Positions 47,355-58,536 of a DNA stretch of 61,715 nucleotides are shown here, in pieces (within the stretch, counting starts at the first letter, position 1; every line of letters starts with the position of its first letter). The position numbers were made by a program, and so were the translations under genes. The notes below the pieces were generated by a model. It was not told where the DNA came from and made no database searches. It was given only the letters and a program-made list of their open reading frames with translations. Origin of the DNA: a virus (Duplodnaviria > Caudoviricetes). The stretch spans positions 1 through 61,715 of IMG/VR virus record IMGVR_UViG_3300021961_007533. One strand, written 5' to 3'.

Positions 47355-47614
47355 AAATTTTAATCGAAGATACTATAAAAATTTTAGGCATTGGTACCCC
47401 TGTTACAACTACAATTTTTAATAGTACAAATCAAAATGATGAGAATTACTATGACATCTCAAGATGTTGTGATAAAACCTATACTATCCTATTTAAATAT
47501 GATGATAATACAATAATTTTACAAGATAAAATTCGTTTAATAATACCAAATAATTTAAGTGAAATTGAAGTTAAAGATTTTATTATAGTAGAAATAAATA
47601 ATTATTTAATGTAA
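47351..47614 (+). CDS. Hypothetical protein (87 aa)
   Basis: ATGA overlap with the upstream gene. Confidence 0.55.
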   Translation: MKILIEDTIKILGIGTPVTTTIFNSTNQNDENYYDISRCCDKTYTILFKYDDNTIILQDKIRLIIPNNLSEIEVKDFIIVEINNYLM

Positions 47615-47655
47615 AAATTAAATGTGTTTTATGGTATTTATTGATAAACTACTAA

Positions 47656-48444
47656 GTGAGTCAAATAATAACAATAAATAGTATTAATTTTGATGGTGAG
47701 CAGGCTAATGTGCTTTTTAAACCAGATATCTCATTAGACGTAATAAATCTTGGGGTTGTAACACTACCATTCACATTTCAACCAGGACTACTAGTTCCAC
47801 CACAAGAAGTTTATGGAACATACACAATTTTAGTTGTTGGTGACGACTGTCCAAATATATTAAACGTACCTAGACCTACACCTACACCTACACCTACAGT
47901 TACACCAACAAGGACACCAACACCAACACCAACTGTAACACCTACAGTTACACCAACAAGTGACCCTTGTCCAACAAAAACACCTACGCCTACACCTACG
48001 TCAACACCAGCACCTACTGCGTCTCCAACGAGAACACCTACACCAACACCAACATCTTCACCATGTAAGACGCCAACACCTACGCCAACACCAACGACTA
48101 GTTTATTACCAGCGCCATCTGGAATTTATTATGGTAAATTTATTGGGTCAACAATAACTAGTGGTGATGTGTCAACATTTACATTTATAACAACAAATAA
48201 CCCAACAAATTCATATGTGTCATTTAGTACTGGTGAAGCTTATGGATATATTTTAATTCCAATAACATTACCTCAACCATCTGAATTTAGAGATAGTAAT
48301 ACTGGTTGTTCTGGTACAAATATACCAATTAATAATATTGGTACTGTAGTTATTTTAGATACAAATGGGTTTGCAATAACATATAACATATATAGAACAT
48401 TCTATAGTTTCTTTGGTAATACTGACTGTTGGATGTGTATTTAA
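47656..48444 (+). CDS. Pro/Thr-repeat (mucin-like linker) putative virion protein, GTG start
   Basis: About 78-aa PT/TP repeat; late motif at 47635-47642. Confidence 0.7.
   Translation: MSQIITINSINFDGEQANVLFKPDISLDVINLGVVTLPFTFQPGLLVPPQEVYGTYTILVVGDDCPNILNVPRPTPTPTPTVTPTRTPTPTPTVTPTVTPTSDPCPTKTPTPTPTSTPAPTASPTRTPTPTPTSSPCKTPTPTPTPTTSLLPAPSGIYYGKFIGSTITSGDVSTFTFITTNNPTNSYVSFSTGEAYGYILIPITLPQPSEFRDSNTGCSGTNIPINNIGTVVILDTNGFAITYNIYRTFYSFFGNTDCWMCI
47869..48102 (+). repeat. (Pro-Thr)n low-complexity repeat
   Basis: acacct/acacca hexamer arrays. Confidence 0.85.
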
Positions 48445-48458
48445 ATAAATAAATTATT

Positions 48459-51143
48459 ATGAGTTTTAAGTTTTCAGGAGGAGTCGAAGTCTTAGGGTTT
48501 ATATCCCCAACAGAACCAACGGATCAATATCCAGTTATAGATCCTTTATATGGTATTGATGGGTTTAGAAATGTTGACACACTATTAGACTTAAATGCAA
48601 TACCAAATTTAAGAAGACGAGCAGGAATGGTTGTTGGAATAAATGGGGGAGCTCAATATTATAAACTAAACCCTAGTCCTTGGAATGGGACAATAACCGA
48701 TTGGTCAATTTTTAATACAGGAGGTGGTGGTAATCCATATGTTACAGGATTTACTTATGATAATTCAAATACATTCACAATATTAACAAGTAGTCCATCA
48801 ATTTTTAACGCAACAATAAATGAAGTAACTGGACTAACAATTAATGGTAATCTATTGGTGACTGGTAATACAAATTTATTTGGGTTATCCACTTATCAGG
48901 GACCAGTTACTGGGCTAAACACAAAGGAACTTATAAATTACGAATACTTAACATCATATGTTAGTGCTAACGACATTTATAGTACTGGTGGTACGGTATC
49001 ACAATACCCATCACCAAGTAGTAACGTAGTTTCAGTACAAATTGATGGTAATTCTGGTTTTACACCATTTAATATTACTGGTCTTACAGATACATTTATA
49101 AATGACTTTAGCTATAGTGCAAACACATTCACCATCTCACAAAATGATGGTAGTAATTTTGATGCAATAATAGATACAATAAATTTAGAGTCTGTATTAA
49201 GTGCGGCTACTTTTGATATTGGTACTACTGGTACCATTTCTGCAAATATATTTAGTGGTGGCACTTATTATGGTGACGGCTCAAATTTAAGTGGTATTAC
49301 AACGGCAAATGTGTTTGTTTATAGTGGAAACGCAAATGTCTCAACATCTGAGTTAACATTTTTAAATACCACTGGCGGGACATTCACTGTAACAAACTCG
49401 GCTGCACTATTTGCGGATAATGATATCAATGTTACTGGTGGGACATATAACCCAACAACAGGTTGTGTTACATTTACAACCAATAGCGGAACTACCTTTG
49501 ATGTATGTGGTTTCTTAACTGGATTTACAGATACATACGTTACTGGTGCAACATTTAGTGCTAACCAGGTAATATTATCTAGAAATGATGGATTTGACGT
49601 ACTAAAGATAAGTGGTGGGACAAATGTAACACTAACTAACCCATCCACAAATGAAATAGTTATTGGTGTTACCATACCTCCTGATACGAACACTTTTGTA
49701 ACAGGGTTCACATACAATGATAACAACACATTTACTTTAACAAGAAATGATGGTGTAGATATTAGTACTTCTATTAATATTGTCACAGGTTTAACAGTTA
49801 ATGGAGATATCGAAATGGGTAATAGTTCTACAAGGCAAATTTACTCTACAGGTGTAAGTGAGATATCATCTATTGAGTTCACTACTAGTGGAACATCAGT
49901 TCAGATGAGATGGGATGGTAGTGGTAATAGTACTGTGTTTACTGTAAACAACACAGATTTTGCGACATTATCATCAAATAAAACCGCGTTTGGTGGTTTA
50001 ACATATGGTTCAGACTACTCACCTTACTACACTGATAGATCTTTAATTGATTTAGGATACTTTAATTCGAATAATAGATATGTTACTGGTGGTACATATA
50101 ATAGCGGCACAACATCAATAGACTATGTGGGTGTTAATGGATTTACACCATTTAGTGTTAATTTATCTAGTTTAGCTGGCGGTTTAAACACATATGTTAC
50201 TGGGTTTACGTATGATGACTCAAACACATTAACTATATCACAAAACGATGGATCAAATTATACCGCTAATATATCCATAATGACAGGATTAACCATTAGT
50301 GGTAATTTATATACTCAGTATATTTTTGATAAAAATAATGTATATGGGACCCCAGGGCAAATATTAGTTAGTACTAGTACTGGTGTTGAATGGGCAACAG
50401 TTAACTCAACTTGCCAATCAACTTCGGCAACAACAAATAATTTAGAATATAAATTTATTGATAATATAACAGGGTTTACTAATGGATCATATATTGTTAA
50501 ATCTTATATTACATCTTATAGTGGTACATCTAAATATGGTTTTTGGGAAAGAACTTTAGGTGTTGTAACAACAGGCGACACACCAGTTATTTCTATTATA
50601 ACTCAAGATTTTGATGATTATAGTCTAGGATTTTTACCAACCCAAATAGATTATATACCAAAAACAGGTAACACTATTGATATTTATATTAGTGGGTTAA
50701 CCTCTGAAGATTTATATTGGGAATCTCACTACGATATAATTGGTCAAAATTGTACCTCAAATGTCGATGTTTTATCATCTTGTAATTTAGGTTCGTTTGG
50801 GATTAATCTAAGTAATGGTTCTAGTGATATAACAACAGGTCAAAAAGGTTATGTGAAAATACCATACCCTGGTACTATATCTGATTGGACAATTATGACA
50901 GATACTTCAGGGTCAATAGTTATAGATATTTGGAAGGATTCTTTAGCCAATTTTCCCCCAACAAGTTTAGACAGTATAACAAATGGAAATTATGCTTATT
51001 TGTCAAATCAAATAGTTAACTCTGATAATGTTTTATCTGGATGGACAACTACCTTTTTGGCTAATGATGTATTTACTTTTGATGTAATTGGAGTTACTGG
51101 GGTAACAAATATAAATTTAACATTAAATGTTATAAAAAATTAA
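48459..51143 (+). CDS. Fibre / decoration protein built from TxVTGxTY...NDG repeats (894 aa)
   Basis: Thr/Gly/Ser-rich, about 7 copies of the module; C-terminal GSIVIDIWKD domain. Confidence 0.65.
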   Translation: MSFKFSGGVEVLGFISPTEPTDQYPVIDPLYGIDGFRNVDTLLDLNAIPNLRRRAGMVVGINGGAQYYKLNPSPWNGTITDWSIFNTGGGGNPYVTGFTYDNSNTFTILTSSPSIFNATINEVTGLTINGNLLVTGNTNLFGLSTYQGPVTGLNTKELINYEYLTSYVSANDIYSTGGTVSQYPSPSSNVVSVQIDGNSGFTPFNITGLTDTFINDFSYSANTFTISQNDGSNFDAIIDTINLESVLSAATFDIGTTGTISANIFSGGTYYGDGSNLSGITTANVFVYSGNANVSTSELTFLNTTGGTFTVTNSAALFADNDINVTGGTYNPTTGCVTFTTNSGTTFDVCGFLTGFTDTYVTGATFSANQVILSRNDGFDVLKISGGTNVTLTNPSTNEIVIGVTIPPDTNTFVTGFTYNDNNTFTLTRNDGVDISTSINIVTGLTVNGDIEMGNSSTRQIYSTGVSEISSIEFTTSGTSVQMRWDGSGNSTVFTVNNTDFATLSSNKTAFGGLTYGSDYSPYYTDRSLIDLGYFNSNNRYVTGGTYNSGTTSIDYVGVNGFTPFSVNLSSLAGGLNTYVTGFTYDDSNTLTISQNDGSNYTANISIMTGLTISGNLYTQYIFDKNNVYGTPGQILVSTSTGVEWATVNSTCQSTSATTNNLEYKFIDNITGFTNGSYIVKSYITSYSGTSKYGFWERTLGVVTTGDTPVISIITQDFDDYSLGFLPTQIDYIPKTGNTIDIYISGLTSEDLYWESHYDIIGQNCTSNVDVLSSCNLGSFGINLSNGSSDITTGQKGYVKIPYPGTISDWTIMTDTSGSIVIDIWKDSLANFPPTSLDSITNGNYAYLSNQIVNSDNVLSGWTTTFLANDVFTFDVIGVTGVTNINLTLNVIKN

Positions 51144-51149
51144 TATATT

Positions 51150-54100
51150 ATGGCAAAAAATTTTATAGAATTTAATTCATCAACAGCAGATATAGTTTCA
51201 TATAGTAATTATGACTCAACAAAAACTATTTTGGGTCCTTCTATTTATCAATTTAGTGGTGCATCTACTTACGATTATTATATAGGACCCAATCAAACTG
51301 CTTTTAGAGATATTACTCAAGATACTGGTTTATCAAATTGGGGTGATATTGACGCAATTACATATTCTGGCGACACACAATGGGTATTTGTTCTTAAAGG
51401 ATTTAGCACCACAGTATCAACTAATGATATTGCAATGTATGAGTTTAATAAATCAAATTTTAATTACAATTATGTTGGGTCCATTTCTTGTATAGGAGTT
51501 GATGCTACAAGTAGACAGCATCAAGGAATTAAAGCTAATTTAAGTTATTATACTGGTGGTACGGTTATGGTTAACGGAACCTCTGTTACAGGAACTAGTA
51601 CTGATTGGATTGGAAATAGAATCCCTATTGGTGCTAAAATTGGTTTTGGCTCTTCTGACCCAGGATCCATTTCAACATGGTATAGAATAAGTGATTACCC
51701 ATTAATGAATTCTATACCAACATTAGTTAATGCGGCAGTATACTGTGTTGAGGTTGATTCTTCTGGAGGAATTTATATTGGTGGTGCATTTACTTCATAT
51801 AATAGTGTAACATCAAATAGAATAATTAAATTAAATTCTGATGGTACAGTTGATGGTACCTTTAATGCGGGATCAGGATTTAATGGTAATGTTAGAACGA
51901 TAAGAATTGATTCTTCTGGAGGAATTTATGTTGGTGGTGATTTTACAACCTATGATGGAGTTACTGCAAACAGGATAATTAAATTAAATTCAGATGGAAC
52001 AAAAGATGTATCATTTGATAACACAACAGCATTTAATACAGGTGGTTTATTTGATATTCAATTTGATTCGACTGGGGCTCTATGGTGTTGTGGATCATTT
52101 ACAACATATAAAGGTGCTTCCTCTCCATATTTAGCCAAGATATTAACCAATGGTACTCGTGATACCACATATGTAACAACAAATAGCCCTAATACAAGCG
52201 TTTATACAATTGCGGTAGATAATAACGATGATGTATACATTGGGGGTAACTTCACTCAAGTAGGAGCAACCACTAATAACTCAAGATATATAGCTAAGAT
52301 ACTTAAAACTGGTGGTTTAGATTCTACATTTGTAGTTGGGGCTGCAGGCACTTCCAATGCCTTCAATACCACAGTATATTCTATAGTATACAACTCAATA
52401 TCTAATGATATTATTGTTGGTGGCAATTTTGGTAACTGGAAGGGTAGTGGTAACATTAACACTTATTTAACAAGGATATCTTCTACCGGAGATGCTATTG
52501 TTTCAAGTGCTTCAGCTAGTGCTATCTTTAATATTAAAAAAGATTCTTTAGAAAATATAATATATTGTAATGGTGGTGGCCAATTAACAACTAAAAGAGA
52601 TATTAGCACTTTGATTTGTGACCAAAATTTTACACCAAATATTGTTTATACAGTCAACTCCTCTTCATATTCTACAAATGGATTTGCTTTAAGTCCATCT
52701 GGAGATACCTTATATGCATTAAGTTCAAATTTAACAGTTGATAGTGGTATTGTTGCAGTTGAGACAACAGGCGGAACAAGAAATGTTAATTTTTTAACAA
52801 CCCCCGATTATGTTAGTCAAGTTATTTCTTTGGATTCTTCAGCCGGGACTTTTTCCGCAGGAACACCTTATGTAATAAGAATGTTAACAATATCATCCCA
52901 AAGAGCCTCAACTGGAACTGTTTTAATTCAAGGTATAGATAAGGATGATTTTACACAAATACCAACGTCAATACCTTTAGTTTCTTTTAATTTTATGGCG
53001 TTATCTAAAGGTTTGTACGATTTACAAGATGGTGCATATATTAATGGTAATTTTTCATCTGGTAATGTGAATAATAACACTGCTAAAGACACTAGGATAA
53101 GGGAAAAATTAAATGATGGAACACAAAATTTATTTGTAATTAGTAACGCTGGAAGAATATCTAGATTCAATATTAGAGATTCTTATGTAACACAGCTTGG
53201 CCTAAACACAAATGGTAGGATAAGATATTCAACACCGAGTCAGTTATTAGTTACAAGCACTGGAATTATATCACCTAGTGGGGCAGCTATTGCAGGGTTT
53301 GCCTCAGGTAAATTTACCATAGGCACTATGCAAAGCGGTTCTGCATCTGGTGTTACTTCTATATTCTTGGATAATTCAGGTATTGTTCAAACACCATTAA
53401 GTGATTTAGAAAATGAAGCAGCACCTATATATACTTATATGTCAGAAGTACCACCTGGTTCTACAACCACATATAATTCTGCGGGTAATGTTGGTCGTGT
53501 TTACTATATGCCAACAATTGATAAATTGATTGTTTTAAACTCATCAACAACAGCAAAAAGTTATATTACAAAATATGAAATAGATTTACAACAACCCACT
53601 TTAGCTAGTACTTTTTATGGACGAGATACCTATGATGAATTGGCATATAATAATTCTTATGATTTAACATTTTTAATGAATGGTAATCAGTTACAAGGAA
53701 ACACGGCAAATGTAAATGCACCTAGGTATCCCGACACTTTGGGTACAGGCTTTTTTGGGTCTGTTGAGAATGGGGTTTTACATTTATCTAGACCACTAGC
53801 TACAATTCAAAATAATTTATACGCAATTCCGTTAGGATGTGATGCTCAATATGTTGATTATAGTAATGATGCGTTTATTACACAAAAGTATGTTTTACCA
53901 AACACAATTGGTATTACAGGGTTATTTGTAAATCAATTAAAAGAATATGGATCAGGTGCCTTTTCAGTACCTCCAGAACCTTTAATTATTCATTATAGAA
54001 CATCAGGTATTGATGATAATTCAGGCGAATGGAATGAATTTACTAATGTTCAAAACTTAAATAACGATATTATATGTGAGGGGGCGTTAAATTCTATCAC

Positions 54101-54506
54101 AATACAATTCAGGTTCTCATATAAGATAGCTGGTAACACTTGCTTGCCTAATAGAGTATATGGATTTACTTTAGTTTATGAAGATGACAGGACAGATTCA
54201 CATTACTCACCTTCAGTTTCAAATTCTAATTTAAATAATAGAATTTTTGCATGGAGACAAGAATCTTTATGGAATGGAAACATACCTAATTTGAAGATTA
54301 GATTATACAATGCGACAAATAACAATATTGTTTTTTATGACACTATTACAAATTCTAGTTCAGGAACTTGGGAGTATTCAACTAATAATGGTGCAACATG
54401 GTTGACATGGAATTCATCTGCAGATGCTGTTGGAAATTATATTAGGTATGTTGCAGATTTCATTCCGTCAGGAATAAAATTAAGAGTGGGATTAAATTCA
54501 TTGTAA
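51150..54506 (+). CDS. Large putative virion protein with inserted Delta-60-like beta-propeller repeats (1118 aa)
   Basis: Repeats of DSSGGIYxGGxFTxY...RIIKLNSDGTxDxxF; flanks paralogous to 54507..56660. Confidence 0.7.
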   Translation: MAKNFIEFNSSTADIVSYSNYDSTKTILGPSIYQFSGASTYDYYIGPNQTAFRDITQDTGLSNWGDIDAITYSGDTQWVFVLKGFSTTVSTNDIAMYEFNKSNFNYNYVGSISCIGVDATSRQHQGIKANLSYYTGGTVMVNGTSVTGTSTDWIGNRIPIGAKIGFGSSDPGSISTWYRISDYPLMNSIPTLVNAAVYCVEVDSSGGIYIGGAFTSYNSVTSNRIIKLNSDGTVDGTFNAGSGFNGNVRTIRIDSSGGIYVGGDFTTYDGVTANRIIKLNSDGTKDVSFDNTTAFNTGGLFDIQFDSTGALWCCGSFTTYKGASSPYLAKILTNGTRDTTYVTTNSPNTSVYTIAVDNNDDVYIGGNFTQVGATTNNSRYIAKILKTGGLDSTFVVGAAGTSNAFNTTVYSIVYNSISNDIIVGGNFGNWKGSGNINTYLTRISSTGDAIVSSASASAIFNIKKDSLENIIYCNGGGQLTTKRDISTLICDQNFTPNIVYTVNSSSYSTNGFALSPSGDTLYALSSNLTVDSGIVAVETTGGTRNVNFLTTPDYVSQVISLDSSAGTFSAGTPYVIRMLTISSQRASTGTVLIQGIDKDDFTQIPTSIPLVSFNFMALSKGLYDLQDGAYINGNFSSGNVNNNTAKDTRIREKLNDGTQNLFVISNAGRISRFNIRDSYVTQLGLNTNGRIRYSTPSQLLVTSTGIISPSGAAIAGFASGKFTIGTMQSGSASGVTSIFLDNSGIVQTPLSDLENEAAPIYTYMSEVPPGSTTTYNSAGNVGRVYYMPTIDKLIVLNSSTTAKSYITKYEIDLQQPTLASTFYGRDTYDELAYNNSYDLTFLMNGNQLQGNTANVNAPRYPDTLGTGFFGSVENGVLHLSRPLATIQNNLYAIPLGCDAQYVDYSNDAFITQKYVLPNTIGITGLFVNQLKEYGSGAFSVPPEPLIIHYRTSGIDDNSGEWNEFTNVQNLNNDIICEGALNSITIQFRFSYKIAGNTCLPNRVYGFTLVYEDDRTDSHYSPSVSNSNLNNRIFAWRQESLWNGNIPNLKIRLYNATNNNIVFYDTITNSSSGTWEYSTNNGATWLTWNSSADAVGNYIRYVADFIPSGIKLRVGLNSL

Positions 54507-56660
54507 ATGGCAAATAATTATCTCTTATATAATTTTAATACAACAACAACGGAGTACCCATCAGGATATGATCCAACAAAACTTAATTTAGGTCATTTGA
54601 TGTCTAAAAACACAGACGAAAATGGAGAGGTATACGTTTCACCATTAGAGCCAAAATTTATCAGAGGGTACGAGGTGGTTAAAAATGCTCCCTATAGTTA
54701 TAGTTATGTTTTAAACTCTTTAGGTAGTTTGAAATACAACGATGATACTACTTGGCTTTTTTATGCTGGGGGTGGGACTCAGGGAGCAATACCTAAAAGA
54801 GTTTTTTTAGCTTCCCATAAAAAATCAACTAATGAATTTTCTGAAATAGGTAGCATTTCAATTAATTATACACCTAATAGTACTCATAACGCCTACAGTA
54901 TAACACCATCTATGGAAAAACACACAGGAGGCACTGTAACTGTTATTGGTAATATAGTAACTGGATCAGGAACAACTTGGTTAGACGATGGTGTATGTGT
55001 TGGAAATAGAATTGGGTTTGAATCAACTAATTCTGATAATATAACTATATGGTATCAAGTTTCTTCTGTAGATAGTAATACGGGTATCACTATAAGTCAG
55101 GAATTTGCAACAGATGGCAATCCATCCAATTTAAATATTACTGGTTCTACGCAATATGTGATAGAGGATTTTAGACTTATTTATGCTAATTATGGTGGAG
55201 GGACCATTAGTGTTAGAGGAATTGCGCTAGCTAAAGGTTTAAGATATGAATTGTTTAAGATTTCACCAACTACTATTCCAGCTGGAACTACAATAGACAA
55301 CTTAAGGGCTTGTTATAGAATTCTAGATAGTGCAACCACGTCAGCCACTTTCTCCCCATTTGGTCTAATTTTAATGGATAAAACATCACTTACAGACCAA
55401 GATTTATATACATTAAGTTTACCAAGCTCAAATTCATCAATACAAAAATTTAATATTAGAGCTCCATTAACATTAACCGCAGGAAGAAGTAATTCACCTT
55501 TTTTATTCACAACAGGAACACAAGCTAATGGAGGAACAAATACAGGTGGGTACATACCTATGACAACAGATTTTAATGGAAATTTTTATATTACAAATTA
55601 TACAAGAATAAGTAGAGTTCCTATTTCAGGAATTACTAATGGATCAACTACTTTTATTGTTGATGCAATGGTAGAAAACCCACCTGGAACATCAACAACT
55701 TATCCATTAAGCTCGCAGTTAATTCAATCTCAATATTTGAGAAATGTTAATAAATTTTATGTTTCTCATATACAAGGAACAATTAGAAACTATTTAACTT
55801 CCTATTCAGTTGGAGGACAATTTGAAAGGCCTGTACATATTAACGACCAAATTGAGCAAAGTACTTATTTGGTAAGTAAATTTGATAATTTAACTACAAA
55901 TTTCTCGACATCATTACTTTACTCTCATTATAATGAAAATGGTTTGTTATTTTTAGTAAGAGACGTTACATCAGATGACAACGTTATTTACTCACTCCCA
56001 ATTGAGGCTGATAAAGATTTTCACACAATAACAAATTCTTGCATTATTACACCTGAATTATTTACATTATCTGCTACTTCATACAATAGGATTTACTTAA
56101 ACACAGAGAGTTATTTTAATAAAGATAAAAGATTTGCAATATCAAGAGAAAATTGTGATGTATATTACAGAACTAGTGGTATTACTACGGATATTGGTAC
56201 ATGGATTTTATTACCTGACAATGGTGAAATTTCAGGCAGCTCAACTTCAATACAATTTAAATTAACGTTTAGAACCGCAGGATTATATTCAATACCATGT
56301 AAAGTTAAAGGAATTGTGTTGTCTTATCAAGGTAACGATATACCATCACCTACAACTTTTTATGACCCATCTATTGGAAATACTAATTTATCATCAAACA
56401 TTTTTTCTTGGAGACAAAATTCATTATTTAATAACGAAATACCAAACTTAAATATAGATATATATGATAGCTCAAATAATTTATTATTAACCGACTCAGT
56501 TAGCGGGTCTACTAATGGTGTTTGGGAATATTCATCAAATAATGGATTAAGTTGGAACTCATGGTCATATTCCGCAAACACAATAAACAACTATATAAGA
56601 TATAGTGCAACTACCCTATCAGCATCTGGGTTAATCGTAAAGCCAATTTTATACATATGA
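54507..56660 (+). CDS. Putative virion protein, paralog of 51150..54506 lacking the propeller (717 aa)
   Basis: Shared TGGTV...RIGF...WY, PPGxSTTY, YRTSGI, IFxWRQ, WEYSxNNG motifs. Confidence 0.7.
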   Translation: MANNYLLYNFNTTTTEYPSGYDPTKLNLGHLMSKNTDENGEVYVSPLEPKFIRGYEVVKNAPYSYSYVLNSLGSLKYNDDTTWLFYAGGGTQGAIPKRVFLASHKKSTNEFSEIGSISINYTPNSTHNAYSITPSMEKHTGGTVTVIGNIVTGSGTTWLDDGVCVGNRIGFESTNSDNITIWYQVSSVDSNTGITISQEFATDGNPSNLNITGSTQYVIEDFRLIYANYGGGTISVRGIALAKGLRYELFKISPTTIPAGTTIDNLRACYRILDSATTSATFSPFGLILMDKTSLTDQDLYTLSLPSSNSSIQKFNIRAPLTLTAGRSNSPFLFTTGTQANGGTNTGGYIPMTTDFNGNFYITNYTRISRVPISGITNGSTTFIVDAMVENPPGTSTTYPLSSQLIQSQYLRNVNKFYVSHIQGTIRNYLTSYSVGGQFERPVHINDQIEQSTYLVSKFDNLTTNFSTSLLYSHYNENGLLFLVRDVTSDDNVIYSLPIEADKDFHTITNSCIITPELFTLSATSYNRIYLNTESYFNKDKRFAISRENCDVYYRTSGITTDIGTWILLPDNGEISGSSTSIQFKLTFRTAGLYSIPCKVKGIVLSYQGNDIPSPTTFYDPSIGNTNLSSNIFSWRQNSLFNNEIPNLNIDIYDSSNNLLLTDSVSGSTNGVWEYSSNNGLSWNSWSYSANTINNYIRYSATTLSASGLIVKPILYI

Positions 56661-56818
56661 TACAAGATGTAATATACGATTCTTTAATTTTTGTTTATGA
56701 AACACCTAATGAACCACTAGGAGGCCAAATTCTTGGATATAGTTATGATGGTGATAATTTTGCTTTTAGCTCTACTAGTGGAGGTACTAGTGAGTATGTT
56801 GCAATATTTATAAATTAA
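56657..56818 (+). CDS. Small hypothetical protein (53 aa, MIQDVIYDSL...VAIFIN), not in ORF track
   Basis: ATGA overlap with the upstream stop; ends 2 nt before the next ATG. Confidence 0.55.
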   Translation: MIQDVIYDSLIFVYETPNEPLGGQILGYSYDGDNFAFSSTSGGTSEYVAIFIN

Positions 56819-56820
56819 AA

Positions 56821-57006
56821 ATGGAAAAAATATTTTTAGAAAAGGGGCAGACTTTATATAATGAACCAAATAGAGTTGTGTGTTTAACTGGTGATTATGA
56901 TCCTGATGAGTTGGTTTTAGTTGGCGAGTTAAATAACCCAAAATATCCACCAGACTTTCCATTATACCAATATCCTGCCTATTATATAAAATATGGTGAT
57001 TATTAA
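56821..57006 (+). CDS. Small hypothetical protein (61 aa)
   Basis: ORF in operon; TATTTATA at 56805-56812. Confidence 0.6.
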   Translation: MEKIFLEKGQTLYNEPNRVVCLTGDYDPDELVLVGELNNPKYPPDFPLYQYPAYYIKYGDY

Positions 57007-57062
57007 ATCACTGTCTTGGAAAATTTCATCTAAGAACTATTTATATATAGTAAATTAAAAAA

Positions 57063-58523
57063 ATGTCAAATAATCTATCTAAACATACATTGGGGCTAAC
57101 CCAATTACAAAGTGGACAAGGAACACCAACACATCAAGCAAAACTTGGGTCCTTATATATTGACGTTTCAAATGCGGATTATTATAAAAACATAGATGGC
57201 CTATCAACTTGGGATTTAATCACAGGTACAAGTGGTGGTACAAATACATATGTTACTGGTACAACATTTAGTTCTAATCAAGCGATTTTATCGAGAAATG
57301 ATGGTTTTGACGTATTAAAATTAAGTGGTGGTACTAATGTAACATTAAATAATCCATCTACTAATGAAATTGTTATAGACGTAACTATACCTTCTGGTAT
57401 AAATACTTTTGTTACAGGATTTACTTATGATAACTCAAATAACCTAACAATTAGTAGAAATGATGGTGTTGACTTTGGTGTTAATATAGATACAATGTCA
57501 GGACTAACAATAAATGGAGATTTATTAGTTACAGGGACAACAAACATAAGTGGTTTAACATCTATTAATAGTTCATTAGATGTTTACAATGGAACAATAG
57601 GTTTAAGGGACAATGATTATTTTCTACAAGGAACAAGTACCGGAGGAACAAATGTACAATTAATAGGTGTATACTCAAACGATGAAATTCTTATAGGTAA
57701 TCAAGGTTACACCAATAGGGTTATGGATGACACCATAGTAGATGGTGTTGTAACAGTATCTAGCGGATTAACTCTTTCATTTATACCAACATTAAATAAT
57801 AGTGGTACAGATATTTTAATTAGAAATAACATTACAGGTGAGGTAGAATATCGACCAGTAAGTGGCATTACACCAGACACAAATACTTTTGTCACAGGAA
57901 CTACATTTGCTTCTAATGAAGCAACATTAACAAGAAATGATGGTTTTGATGTACTTAGTTTAAGTGGGACTAATGATGTTACATTAACAAATCCATCTAC
58001 CAATCAAATTGTAATCGATGTTAATGGATTAAAATATTTTATATCTGAAACATCACCAACAGGATTTACATTAAGTAATGGTTATAGATGGTTTAATACT
58101 AGTATTGGTTCTGAGTTTGTATACATTGATGATGGTGATAGTTCACAATGGGTACAACCATTAATACAACCTGGTCCAGAAGGACCAATTGGCCCACAAG
58201 GACCTGTTGGGCCACAAGGGCCAAGTGGGTTTACAGGTACTTTTATAACAACAGGAATCACAACATCTGCAGCCACTTTAACAACTAATTACACTTACTA
58301 TGGTGTTAATTATATTGGTGATGTAGATTTAACCTTACCCGATCCAACGGGAATTGATGGGGTTAACATTATGATAAAAGATGAGGGTGGTAACGCGTCA
58401 TTTAATAGAATAAGACTAATTACTTCAGTTGGATTAATTGATGGTAATAGTAGTATTGATATGGTAAATAATTACCAATCAACTTATATAGTGGCAAGAA
58501 ATAATAACTGGTGGATAATATAA
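57063..58523 (+). CDS. Tail-fibre-like protein with TxVTG modules and a short collagen (Gly-X-Y) segment
   Basis: GPEGPIGPQGPVGPQGPSG; DGDSSQWV motif; C-terminal LTLP...IKDEGG...IDG...WWII domain. Confidence 0.7.
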   Translation: MSNNLSKHTLGLTQLQSGQGTPTHQAKLGSLYIDVSNADYYKNIDGLSTWDLITGTSGGTNTYVTGTTFSSNQAILSRNDGFDVLKLSGGTNVTLNNPSTNEIVIDVTIPSGINTFVTGFTYDNSNNLTISRNDGVDFGVNIDTMSGLTINGDLLVTGTTNISGLTSINSSLDVYNGTIGLRDNDYFLQGTSTGGTNVQLIGVYSNDEILIGNQGYTNRVMDDTIVDGVVTVSSGLTLSFIPTLNNSGTDILIRNNITGEVEYRPVSGITPDTNTFVTGTTFASNEATLTRNDGFDVLSLSGTNDVTLTNPSTNQIVIDVNGLKYFISETSPTGFTLSNGYRWFNTSIGSEFVYIDDGDSSQWVQPLIQPGPEGPIGPQGPVGPQGPSGFTGTFITTGITTSAATLTTNYTYYGVNYIGDVDLTLPDPTGIDGVNIMIKDEGGNASFNRIRLITSVGLIDGNSSIDMVNNYQSTYIVARNNNWWII

Positions 58524-58536
58524 AAAATAATAAGAT

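Noticed and set aside
49533-57521. Repeated fibre block as a DGR template/variable repeat pair
   Set aside because: Both copies are coding and internal, differences are not adenine-specific, and there is no reverse transcriptase in the window
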